64,000 nt of DNA from Longimicrobiales bacterium (GTDB lineage Bacteria; Gemmatimonadota; Gemmatimonadetes; Longimicrobiales; Gaopeijiaceae). The stretch's first letter is position 1, and each line of letters starts with the position of its first letter. This document shows, one piece after another, positions 10,901 through 18,359 of this stretch. Under the pieces are notes generated by a model. It did no database searches. It had not been told where the DNA came from and saw only the letters and a list, made by a program, of their open reading frames with translations. A program made the position numbers and the translations under genes. Location of the stretch: NCBI GenBank assembly GCA_965202805.1, contig OZ241869.1, positions 2,816,001 through 2,880,000 of the forward strand. The letters are read 5' to 3'.

Positions 10901-10990
10901 CTGGACCGGACCGGCCAGGGCCAGAAAGAGCAGGACGGAACCCGCCGCTGAAGAAGAAACCCGACGAGTACGACGATTACAGAACATCAT
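7952..10990 (-). CDS. SusC/RagA-like TonB-dependent receptor
   Basis: N-terminal carboxypeptidase-regulatory-like domain, EIVVTGT, plug motif DIQSIEVVKGPAAATLYGADA, C-terminal Phe. Confidence 0.93.
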   Translation of the reverse strand: MMFCNRRTRRVSSSAAGSVLLFLALAGPVQAQEGRITGRVTAAGTSLPLAGVQVHLPGTGRGTLTNASGSFVIINVPVGEVTIRAERIGYHTEERTVTVVLDETAVLDFELTVSAIGLDEIVVTGTAGQSLRRSQPAQVSVVDAAETIELAPINSVSEVLQSRIPGVSVTHGSGVTGSSQKIRIRGSSSISLSNEPLIFIDGIRANGTIESVNRPGEGSGSGTGTGGQATSRLNDLNPEDIQSIEVVKGPAAATLYGADASAGVIQIITKRGSAGGFRQTLTAEYDAISHDNFTPPSNWGVCAQTHIDRGATLCQGVPVGTVVSDNPLERYGAFSRGSNRSLSWSGRGGTATGDFTYYLSLFASGEDGTLPASDFDKRSGRVNVTWTPHPVLTLNAGYTLLTTYSRQPDNNHSLYGMVTNALLGSPLTVGTEPNDGWLGPRQVDAIAAIKNEVDVVRHMPTLELGFQPFDWLSNRLIVGGDYTSNEKVRHIPRTDQNLYRSTHNPGLVRETRRSLQYVTLDYITNATLRFGEASQWSTNGAVGVQVVDIRDDFLWGDGLGLATNSASVVSAAAESAGGQRFLRERSLGYIGQGEVGYQDRLFFQVGMRVDRNSSFGEEVGAVYLPKAGASWVVSEEPFFGDGLGFINTIRLRAAYGATGRAPPPGATLETLDPVPYATRDGNVEVGLGLLNPGKLELRPERGTEFEAGVDASFLDDRLGLELTYFNKVTKDLLLRRELPPSVGFREDPFDNVGEVHNRGFEALLNAQVVTTPAFSWDVTLSASTLTNELVDLGDLPAFGQFERFVEGRPLSSFFSPKIRRIDVAGNQVIVSDTLEFIGGKFPGHEGSISSTMTILGDLRVAAQLDWKGDYYVNNNQRRYREIQLVRARAAFDPDFLSPEEQLRRFGPFVNESGQEVNKAEVREAWYEQADFLRFRELALVYSLPAQLAEQLGADRATVTLSARNLALWTDYTGHSPEAISGPARDLGEGFQSYDFFNVPPARRYGIRVNLGF

Positions 10991-11258
10991 CCTACCTCCG
11001 CTCGAGGATGGTGAACGGCAGGAGCCGTGGAGGAAGATCGGAGGCGCCTGGAGCTTGAGCTGTTCGGCGGAATCCCGAGCGATCCAGCGAAAATAATCCG
11101 TAACTTACCACAGGCCATGCTGTGAGGACAAGAGGCCAGACGAGGAGATGTCGGAAGCAACAGACGTCAGAAGAGAATGCGCACGGATGAGCAGGCCCGG
11201 TCGCTGGTATGAGCCAGGCAAGCCAGGGCGATGAAATCGCCGCTCGCCCTGGTGCGGA

Positions 11259-11786
11259 TCAGACCACTCTCACACCACCGTGCCCTGGTATCGCGAGCGG
11301 GATGGGGTCCCCCTCCGGAAGGATTACCGCTCCGATTGTTCCGGGGCTCGTGGGGGGTGGGGTGTTCTCCCCTCCTCCCGAACCCACGGCTTCGTGGATG
11401 AGCATGCCGAGCGCGGTAGCCAGGGCGGCTGAAAGGAGGCTCGTGCGCCAGACGGACACCCGCCGCTCATCGACGCGTTCAATCTCATCCCGCAGGAACG
11501 CCATGTGATCCTGAAGAACGCGGCTCCCGCCGATGCCCGAAGTACTCGTTACCCGAGCGACGGAAAGGAGGATTTCCCGGTCGTTGACGGAGACGAGCTC
11601 TCCTTCGTACTCTCGTTCGCTCGTCATGTCAAGCTCGCTGAGGCGGAGGGCACCAGCGACGGTCAAACGAACCCTTACATCAGTTCCTGGCGATGGGACG
11701 GAAGCCAATGGAGCGTAGCTGAAACAGCCGGCAAGCAAGACCAACATTGCCGGTCCGCTTGCGTACTTCAGGATCTGCGAGGCCAT
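11259..11786 (-). CDS. Hypothetical lipoprotein
   Basis: Lipobox LAGC; C-terminal hydrophobic helix. Confidence 0.65.
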   Translation of the reverse strand: MASQILKYASGPAMLVLLAGCFSYAPLASVPSPGTDVRVRLTVAGALRLSELDMTSEREYEGELVSVNDREILLSVARVTSTSGIGGSRVLQDHMAFLRDEIERVDERRVSVWRTSLLSAALATALGMLIHEAVGSGGGENTPPPTSPGTIGAVILPEGDPIPLAIPGHGGVRVV

Positions 11787-11837
11787 CGGCAGAGTTTAGC
11801 TTCTGCCTGGTGACCATGCCAGCCTCATCGATCGAGA

Positions 11838-11920
11838 CGGAGGCGGGGGGACTCGAACCCCCAAGGGCTTGCGCCCGCCGCATTTCGAGTGCGGTGCCTT
11901 ACCAATTAGACTACGCCTCC
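11838..11920 (-). tRNA. tRNA-Ser(CGA)
   Basis: Anticodon arm CCGCA-CTCGAAA-TGCGG, long variable arm, GTTCGAG T loop. Confidence 0.9.
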
Positions 11921-11977
11921 GGACGAAACCGGGCCGATCGGCATAAGGACGGAGAATCTTCTCCAACTACTCTTCAA

Positions 11978-12051
11978 TCGGGGCGCCCGGATTTGAACCG
12001 GGGACCTCTGCGACCCGAACGCAGCGCTCTACCGGACTGAGCCACGCCCCG
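11978..12051 (-). tRNA. tRNA-Pro(CGG)
   Basis: Anticodon arm CTGCG-TTCGGGT-CGCAG. Confidence 0.95.
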
Positions 12052-12130
12052 AGAAAGGGGTGCCGCCCGCAGGCGACATACAGCCAAACTGACAGCCGGA
12101 TCCGCCATCCAGCAAGGTGATTCCCGTCCG

Positions 12131-12391
12131 GCGGACGGGGTGGGATTCGCAGCCGAGGTCCGGCGCCAGCCGGCCCGAAGGCGAGGTGAGGGCGAAGCCC
12201 GCAGCCTCCACCCCGGGTTCGAAGCCCGTCCGGCCCGCCCGCCAGATTGGCCCGCCGTCAGCGGACGGGGTGGGATTCGCAGCCGAGGTCCGGCGCCAGC
12301 CGGCCCGAAGGCGAGGTGAGGAGGCGTAGCCTCCGCAACCTCCACCCTGGGTTCGAAGCCCAGCCCGTCCGGGGCCGGGCTCCGCCCGTCA
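12131..12391 (-). repeat. Two tandem ~130-bp tRNA-linked structured repeats downstream of tRNA-Ser(GGA)
   Basis: GCGGACGGGGTGGGATTCG (tRNA 3' end, + strand) at 12131, 12261 and 12392; shared core CAGCCGAGGTCCGGCGCCAGCCGGCCCGAAGGCGAGGTGAGG. Confidence 0.9.
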
Positions 12392-12392
12392 G

Positions 12393-12476
12393 CGGACGGG
12401 GTGGGATTCGAACCCACGTGGGCGTTAGCCCACACGATTTCCAATCGTGCGCCTTAAGCCACTCGGCCACCCGTCC
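12393..12476 (-). tRNA. tRNA-Ser(GGA)
   Basis: Anticodon arm CACGA-TTGGAAA-TCGTG, long variable arm. Confidence 0.95.
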
Positions 12477-12690
12477 GAACATATGTGGCCACTACAACCT
12501 GCAGGGATACCGCTGAAAGAAACACGGCCGGTTAGACCGTAACGGAGAGCATACCGACGCGAAGCCAAAAGAAACTCGCCCGACGAACGAAGTGATGCCG
12601 AGGGCTCACGATCCAGGGCGAGTACGGCGCGCAGGGCGAGCCGGGAGTCGCCGATGCCTCACTGGCAAAACTACCGCCCCCCAGGACACT

Positions 12691-12929
12691 GGTGAGATCA
12701 CAACCGAGGACCGCGCCAGCCGGCCGAGGTGAGGCGGATGCGCAGCACCGCAACCCTCCGCCTCGGGGGTAGCGGCCAGCGACCGCGCCCGTTGGTGACT
12801 ACACAGGGTGAGGTTCGCAGCCGAGGTCCGGCGCCAGCCGGCCCGAAGGCGAGGTGAGGAGGCGAAGCCTCCGCAACCTCCACCCCGGGTTCGAATCCCA
12901 CCCCCTCCGGGGCGAGCCCCGCTCGCCAG
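12691..12929 (-). repeat. One intact (12806-12929) and one degenerate (~12691-12790) copy of the same repeat downstream of tRNA-Ser(GCT)
   Basis: Same core at 12818-12859; decayed core CAACCGAGGACCGCGCCAGCCGGCCGAGGTGAGG at 12701-12734. Confidence 0.85.
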
Positions 12930-13015
12930 CGGAGGGGGTGGGATTCGAACCCACGAGACCCTCTCGGGTCAACGCCTTAGCAGGGCGCCGCCTTAAGCCA
13001 CTCGGCCACCCCTCC
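12930..13015 (-). tRNA. tRNA-Ser(GCT)
   Basis: Anticodon arm GCGCC-CTGCTAA-GGCGT, long variable arm. Confidence 0.95.
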
Positions 13016-13018
13016 GAA

Positions 13019-13091
13019 TTGCCCCGCCTGGGATCGAACCAGGACTCTTCTGATCCAGAGTCAGACGTGTTGCCAGTTACACCACGGGGCA
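13019..13091 (-). tRNA. tRNA-Gln(CTG)
   Basis: Anticodon arm TCTGA-CTCTGGA-TCAGA. Confidence 0.95.
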
Positions 13092-13136
13092 TCCTGTCCC
13101 AATTTGTGCGCTCGCCACCCCTGCTGGCAAGCAGCA

Positions 13137-13209
13137 AGCCACCAGTCGGATTCGAACCGACGACCCCGTCATTACGAGTGACGTGCTCTACCAGCTGAGC
13201 TATGGTGGC
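13137..13209 (-). tRNA. tRNA-Thr(CGT)
   Basis: Anticodon arm CGTCA-CTCGTAA-TGACG. Confidence 0.95.
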
Positions 13210-13259
13210 GACCATGCCGACCGCCTCGCGCATCGCGCATTTCGCCGGCCAACCAGGAA

Positions 13260-13332
13260 TGGAGCCGAGGGGAATCGAACCCCTGACCTCAGCATTGCGA
13301 ACGCTGCGCTCTCCCAACTGAGCTACGGCCCC
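13260..13332 (-). tRNA. tRNA-Ala(CGC)
   Basis: Anticodon arm CAGCG-TTCGCAA-TGCTG; G3:U70 pair. Confidence 0.95.
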
Positions 13333-13367
13333 TGCCTGCCCGCTTCCGCGGATACCGTGTTGAAGCA

Positions 13368-13441
13368 TGGGCGCGAGAGGACTCGAACCTCTGACCTCTA
13401 CGATGTCAACGTAGCGCTCTAACCAGCTGAGCTACGCGCCC
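13368..13441 (-). tRNA. tRNA-Val(GAC)
   Basis: Anticodon arm CTACG-TTGACAT-CGTAG. Confidence 0.95.
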
Positions 13442-13485
13442 TCGGCCGGAACCCCGTCCTGGCCTTCACCTCCCCCGGAGGGGAA

Positions 13486-13559
13486 TACGCCCGGGAGGAC
13501 TCGAACCCCCAACCTCTTGATCCGTAGTCAAGCGCTCTGTCCAATTGAGCTACGGGCGC
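13486..13559 (-). tRNA. tRNA-Arg(ACG)
   Basis: Anticodon arm CTTGA-CTACGGA-TCAAG. Confidence 0.95.
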
Positions 13560-13611
13560 TGATTTGCCGTCCGCCTTCACCAGGGAAGGCCAGCCGTTGA
13601 TGGCCTGCAAG

Positions 13612-13695
13612 TGCCCACGACAGGACTCGAACCTGTACGCCGTTTCCGACACTGGTCCCTCAAACCAGCCTGTCTACCAATTCCAGCACGTGGGC
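13612..13695 (-). tRNA. tRNA-Leu(GAG)
   Basis: Anticodon arm CTGGT-TTGAGGG-ACCAG, variable arm. Confidence 0.95.
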
Positions 13696-13744
13696 AAATG
13701 TTCTCCATCGAAACGCTGCCGCCGCCTGGCGCCGCGGCCTGCCA

Positions 13745-13829
13745 TGCTCGGAGAGGGACTCGAACCCTCACGGGGTTAACCCCCACAGGATCCTGAATCC
13801 TGCGCGTCTACCAATTCCGCCATCCGAGC
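13745..13829 (-). tRNA. tRNA-Leu(CAG)
   Basis: Anticodon arm CAGGA-TTCAGGA-TCCTG, variable arm. Confidence 0.95.
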
Positions 13830-13857
13830 TCGCTCGCCTCGCGAACGGACTGCACCA

Positions 13858-13930
13858 TGGAGCCGAGGGGAATCGAACCCCTGACCTCCTGAATGCCATT
13901 CAGGCGCTCTCCCAACTGAGCTACGGCCCC
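13858..13930 (-). tRNA. tRNA-Ala(GGC)
   Basis: Anticodon arm CCTGA-ATGGCAT-TCAGG; G3:U70 pair. Confidence 0.95.
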
Positions 13931-13970
13931 GATCCTTCGCCGATGACCCGATTTGTCAAGAAACAAACAG

Positions 13971-14044
13971 CGGGGCTGACGGGACTCGAACCCGCGGCCT
14001 CCGGTGTGACAGACCGGCACTCTAACCAACTGAGCTACAGCCCC
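13971..14044 (-). tRNA. tRNA-Asp(GTC)
   Basis: Anticodon arm CCGGT-CTGTCAC-ACCGG. Confidence 0.95.
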
Positions 14045-14074
14045 TGTTCCGCGCTCCTCGCGCGTCCTTCCAAA

Positions 14075-14146
14075 CGCCCTCACGGGGAATCGAACCCCGA
14101 CCGCCACCTTGAAAGAGTGGTGTCCTAGCCGTTAGACGATGAGGGC
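14075..14146 (-). tRNA. tRNA-Glu(TTC)
   Basis: Anticodon arm CCACT-CTTTCAA-GGTGG. Confidence 0.95.
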
Positions 14147-14162
14147 TCTCCCCCCAGTTGTA

Positions 14163-14235
14163 CAGGCCCGGAGGGACTCGAACCCCCAACCCCCGGTTTT
14201 GGAGACCGGTGCTCTACCAGTTGAGCTACGGACCC
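14163..14235 (-). tRNA. tRNA-Trp(CCA)
   Basis: Anticodon arm CCGGT-CTCCAAA-ACCGG. Confidence 0.95.
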
Positions 14236-14278
14236 CCGCGCACACAACCGGCCATCCTCCGGCCGGTGAGCCGGTAGA

Positions 14279-14351
14279 TGGCCAGGGGCGGAATCGAACC
14301 GCCGACACCGCGATTTTCAGTCGCGTGCTCTACCAACTGAGCTACCTGGCC
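14279..14351 (-). tRNA. tRNA-Phe(GAA)
   Basis: Anticodon arm CGCGA-CTGAAAA-TCGCG. Confidence 0.95.
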
Positions 14352-14382
14352 AAAAAAACGCCCGAACCTTTTCGGTGCGGGC
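14352..14382 (-). terminator. Intrinsic terminator abutting the 5' end of tRNA-Phe
   Basis: Minus strand CGCCCGCACC-GAAAA-GGTTCGGGCG followed by T7. Confidence 0.7.
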
Positions 14383-14407
14383 GGCTGGGTCGGGAGTCTG
14401 CCGGGGG

Positions 14408-14536
14408 CTACCGGCGAGTCCCGCTTCCCCGCCCGCGAGGGCTCGACCACGTATCGGACGGAAACCAGCGAAGCGCCCGCACGCGGCCCGACCTCTGGAA
14501 GGCCCGCGGTCGACGGGTTTCGGTCGCTCCCCGCAT
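14408..14536 (-). CDS. Putative 42-aa leader peptide MRGATETRRPRAFQRSGRVRALRWFPSDTWSSPRGRGSGTRR
   Basis: GGAGGCGGAGATC-ATG start context; stop lies 25 nt before the terminator hairpin; below the ORF-track size cutoff. Confidence 0.4.
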   Translation of the reverse strand: MRGATETRRPRAFQRSGRVRALRWFPSDTWSSPRGRGSGTRR

Positions 14537-14592
14537 GATCTCCGCCTCCGTTCTCCTGTTTGTTGCCTTGCGTCAAACTGTCCTGCTACGTG

Positions 14593-14621
14593 GAAAACGC
14601 CGCCATTTCGGCGGCGCTTTC
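14593..14621 (-). terminator. Hairpin or weak terminator right after tRNA-fMet
   Basis: Minus strand CGCCGCC-GAAAT-GGCGGCG-TTTT. Confidence 0.55.
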
Positions 14622-14624
14622 AAG

Positions 14625-14698
<74 letters not shown>

Positions 14699-14709
14699 AC
14701 AAGAATCGA

Positions 14710-14739
14710 AAGGTAAAGCAAAGCCGCGAAGCGTGTCAA
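14710..14739 (-). promoter_or_regulatory. Sigma-70-type promoter for the tRNA array
   Basis: TTGACA-18 nt-TACCTT, 11 nt upstream of tRNA-fMet. Confidence 0.7.
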
Positions 14740-14849
14740 GCGGAGGTCAGCCGGACGGAAGGGCCCGTACCGGCGCCTCCCCCCGTGGTGCCAGGCCCCG
14801 ATGCTCACACCTTCGAGGCGACCCCCGGGGACGTCTCGAAGGCCCCGCC

Positions 14850-16259
14850 TTAACGGCGCCCCAACCCCGCCAGCGCCTCCGGATCGCCCTCGATTCCCTC
14901 GGCAGGTTCGAGGCCCAGCACCCGCGCCATGAAGGGATAGATGTCCACCCCCTCGATCCGGGGAAGCCGCGTGCCCGCCTCGATGCCCGGCCCCTTCACG
15001 AGGAAGATCCCGTGCATGGGTCGGAACTGCGGGTCCCATCCATGCATCCCCCGGCTGCTGCCCCGGCGCGGTCCGATGCCGACCGTGTACCCCCCATCCG
15101 GCACGACGACGAGATCGCCGAAGCGAGGATGGCCGTTCAGATGAAGTTGCGCGGGAGCCTCCCGGCTGCGGTAGACCCCTGCGCGCGGCATCCCCTCGTC
15201 GAGTTGCGTGCGCAGTTCCTCGATGCGCTCCTCGCCTCCCTCCACGAACAGGATGCCCACGGTTCCGCCGGACGTCAGCCGAGCCCCGGACAGGTCCGCG
15301 ATTTCGTCGAGCGCGTAGTGTCCCTCGGCAAGGACTTCGCTCATGCCGTGGTCGGAGACGAGCAGGACGAAGACCTGGTCGGCGTGCGGGAGTGCATCCA
15401 GACCGTCCAGGAGACGTCCGAGCGCCTGGTCCACCTGCGCGACCGCCCGCGCCAGCTCCGGGCTATCGCCAGGGCCGAATCGGTGTCCGGCATAGTCGGC
15501 CTCGGCGAAGTACAGCGAGACCATGTGGGGTCGCTCCTCGTCGGGGAGACCGAGCCAGGTCAGGACCGTGTCGACGCGCACTTCGTTGGGAATGATGGGA
15601 TCGAAGGGCTTCCAGTAACTGGGGCGGATGCCCTGCACGTCGGCTTCGGAACCGACGAAGTAGAAGGCCGCGCTCACCATGCCCTGCTTCTCCGCGGTCA
15701 CCCAGATGGGCTCGCCTCCGTACCAGCGCCCGTCCTCCACCGTCTCGCGGTCCGAGAGGGAATAGGTGCGATCGAACTCCCGGTCATGGAAGGTGTTGGC
15801 GACGAGACCGTGGGTTCCCGGGTAGAGCCCGGTTGCGATGGAGTAGTGCGCGGGAAAGGTCAGCGAAGGGAAAACCGGGATCAACCCATCGGCGCGAGCG
15901 CCCTCGGCCGCCACGCGGTCGAAGTTGGGCGTGTCGAACATCTCCATGTAGTCGTGCCGAAAGCCGTCGAACGACACCACCACCACGTAGGGCTTGTCGA
16001 GATGGCGGGGGTCGTTGCGCCCGGCGGCCAGGCCCGGCCCGGCCGTCACAGCCGCCCCAACCGATCCATCGCCTGCGGGGGCCTGCCGCACACTGGCGCA
16101 ACCTGCCAGCCATGGCGCCATAATGGCGATCCCCGCCGGGATCAGCCCCACCGCACGCAGGCGTCCTCGCCCGATCCACGATCCTCCCCGCGCACGAATC
16201 CCCTTGTAGCGCCGACGCTCTGCGGTCATCTTCACGGCTTCCGGCAGCACGGCAAGCAC
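14850..16259 (-). CDS. Nucleotide pyrophosphatase/phosphodiesterase (alkaline phosphatase superfamily) lipoprotein
   Basis: VVVSFDGFR, FPSLTFPAHYSIATG, VSDHGM and GMHGWD motifs; LAGC lipobox; start uncertain. Confidence 0.9.
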   Translation of the reverse strand: MLAVLPEAVKMTAERRRYKGIRARGGSWIGRGRLRAVGLIPAGIAIMAPWLAGCASVRQAPAGDGSVGAAVTAGPGLAAGRNDPRHLDKPYVVVVSFDGFRHDYMEMFDTPNFDRVAAEGARADGLIPVFPSLTFPAHYSIATGLYPGTHGLVANTFHDREFDRTYSLSDRETVEDGRWYGGEPIWVTAEKQGMVSAAFYFVGSEADVQGIRPSYWKPFDPIIPNEVRVDTVLTWLGLPDEERPHMVSLYFAEADYAGHRFGPGDSPELARAVAQVDQALGRLLDGLDALPHADQVFVLLVSDHGMSEVLAEGHYALDEIADLSGARLTSGGTVGILFVEGGEERIEELRTQLDEGMPRAGVYRSREAPAQLHLNGHPRFGDLVVVPDGGYTVGIGPRRGSSRGMHGWDPQFRPMHGIFLVKGPGIEAGTRLPRIEGVDIYPFMARVLGLEPAEGIEGDPEALAGLGRR

Positions 16260-16365
16260 CTCTCTCCTGGGAGGATCCGTCCGCGATCACGGGCGCGGGG
16301 AGGGGAACGAGTGCGGCGAAAAATAGCTACAAGCAGACGGCTCTTGAAGGAGGCGACGGGTCGAG

Positions 16366-16926
16366 ATGAGCGAGAAGGGGCTTGAGACCGCCACGCTGGC
16401 CGGGGGCTGCTTCTGGTGCCTGGAGGCGGTATACCTGGAGTTGCGGGGCGTGCGGCGGGTGGAATCGGGGTACGCCGGCGGACACGTGCAGCACCCCACC
16501 TACCACCAGGTCTGCACCGGTTCCACCGGGCACGCCGAAGTGGTCCGCATTGCGTTTTCGCCGGACGAAATCTCCTTCCGGGAGCTGCTCGAGGTCTTCT
16601 TCACGATTCACGACCCCACCACCCTGAACCGCCAGGGAGCCGACGTGGGCACCCAGTACCGCTCCGCCATCTTCCATCACTCGCCGGAGCAGGAGGCCGT
16701 GGCACGCGAAGTGATCGCGGGGGTGGAGAGTCAGGGCGTGTGGCGGTCGCCGATCGTGACCGAGCTGGCTCCGGCTGGCGAGTTCTTCGCCGCCGAGGCC
16801 TATCACCGGAACTACTTCGCGCGCAATCCGGGCCAGGGATACTGTCGCGCGGTGGTGGCGCCCAAGGTCGCGAAGGCACGGGCGAAGTTCTTCGACAAGC
16901 TGAGGAAGGCACCCGCCTCCGGCTGA
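16366..16926 (+). CDS. msrA: Peptide methionine (S)-sulfoxide reductase
   Basis: [31 protein letters not shown]. Confidence 0.97.
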   Translation: MSEKGLETATLAGGCFWCLEAVYLELRGVRRVESGYAGGHVQHPTYHQVCTGSTGHAEVVRIAFSPDEISFRELLEVFFTIHDPTTLNRQGADVGTQYRSAIFHHSPEQEAVAREVIAGVESQGVWRSPIVTELAPAGEFFAAEAYHRNYFARNPGQGYCRAVVAPKVAKARAKFFDKLRKAPASG

Positions 16927-16989
16927 CGAGAACCCCGGCAGCCCCGGATGGACCCCCGCGAATGCCGGGAGGAGTGCGTCCGCCGGCTG

Positions 16990-18300
16990 CTAGAGCAGTA
17001 CGCTGAGCGGTTTCTCCAGGGTGTCCCTCAGCGTAGCCAGGAAGCGCGCCCCCTGGGCCCCGTCGATGACCCGGTGGTCGCAGCTCATGGTCATGCGCAT
17101 GCGACGACGAACCACCACCTGACCGTCAGCCGCCACCGGCCGATCCTCGACCGCGCCCACGGCCAGGATTCCGGCTTCGGGCGGGTTGATGACCCCGGTG
17201 AACTGTTCGATGCCGAACATGCCGAGGTTCGAGATGGAGAAGGTGGACCCCGTGTACTGATCGGGCGTCAGACGCTTCGCCCGGGCCAGCGCCGCCAGCT
17301 CCTTCACCTCGTTCGAGATCTCGGCGATCGGGCGCGCGTGCGCATCCCGCACCACCGGAGTAATAAGCCCGTCGTCGATGGCCACCGCGACGCCGATGTG
17401 CACGCGGTTGTGTCTGCGGACGTGATCGCCACCCCACCACGCGTTGCACTCGGGATGGCGGGCAAGCGCGAGCGCCGTCGCCTTGATGACGATGTCGTTG
17501 AAGGAGATGCGCGCGCCCAGCTCGAGCTCGTTGAACTGCTGGCGCAGCTCGGTTGCCCGGGCCATGTCGACATCGGCCGTGAGGAAGAAGTGCGGCACCG
17601 GCCCCAGGGACTCGACCAGCCGGCGCGCGATCGTCTTGCGGATCTGCGTGAGCGGGACGTCCACGAAGTCCTCGCCCGGGACTTCCGGCACGGGCGCGGG
17701 AGCCGGCGCGGCCCCGGCGGCCAGCGCGGCCTCGATGTCCCGCTTGACGATTCTGCCTCGCGGTCCCGACCCCGTGACCGCCTCCAGACGCAGGCCGGCC
17801 TCGCGGGCCAGGCGGCGGGCGAGGGGTGACGCCCTCAGCCGTTCACCGTCCTTGCGGGCCTCGGCGGCCGGCTCCGCCCGAGCGGTCGCCTGGACCACCG
17901 GCGCGACGGGCCGCGGGCTGACTGGTGGAGGGATCGGAGGCGGCGTGGTGGTGGCCGGCGTTGCAGTTGGCGGCGCCGCCCGAGCCGGCTCCTCCTCCAC
18001 CTCGGTGTCCGGTGACGTGGCTGCCGGCGCGGCGGCCGCCACCAGCTCCGACACATCTTCGTCCTCGGCCGCGATGACCGCGATCACGTCTCCCACGGGC
18101 GCCGTCTGCCCCTGGTTCAGCAGGATGGCCCGCAACACCCCGTCGCCGCGCGCAACGAGTTCCATGGTCGCCTTGTCGGTCTCGATCTCGGCCAGCAGAT
18201 CGCCGGCGGCAACCTGGTCACCCTCCGCCTTGAGCCACTTGACGACCTGCCCCTCCTCCATGGTGGGCGAGAGGGCTTCCATGTGCACTTTGGTGGCCAT
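16990..18300 (-). CDS. pdhC: Pyruvate dehydrogenase E2, dihydrolipoamide acetyltransferase
   Basis: Lipoyl domain ETDKA, E3-binding ASPLARR..GRIVKRD, catalytic DHRVIDG. Confidence 0.95.
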   Translation of the reverse strand: MATKVHMEALSPTMEEGQVVKWLKAEGDQVAAGDLLAEIETDKATMELVARGDGVLRAILLNQGQTAPVGDVIAVIAAEDEDVSELVAAAAPAATSPDTEVEEEPARAAPPTATPATTTPPPIPPPVSPRPVAPVVQATARAEPAAEARKDGERLRASPLARRLAREAGLRLEAVTGSGPRGRIVKRDIEAALAAGAAPAPAPVPEVPGEDFVDVPLTQIRKTIARRLVESLGPVPHFFLTADVDMARATELRQQFNELELGARISFNDIVIKATALALARHPECNAWWGGDHVRRHNRVHIGVAVAIDDGLITPVVRDAHARPIAEISNEVKELAALARAKRLTPDQYTGSTFSISNLGMFGIEQFTGVINPPEAGILAVGAVEDRPVAADGQVVVRRRMRMTMSCDHRVIDGAQGARFLATLRDTLEKPLSVLL

Positions 18301-18359
18301 CGACTAGCCTCGGATGGTCAGGATCGGCGGTTGCGTCGCGTCGGATGGCGCGGCCAGGG

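Noticed and set aside
12131..12929. tRNA-linked repeats as CRISPR, extra tRNAs or prophage attL/attR
   Set aside because: Units are ~130 bp and mostly conserved, lack D and anticodon arms, and enclose no integrase or cargo
14352..14620. T-box or metabolite riboswitch upstream of tRNA-Phe
   Set aside because: No T-box UGGNACC bulge or recognisable aptamer seen; an Rfam scan would settle it
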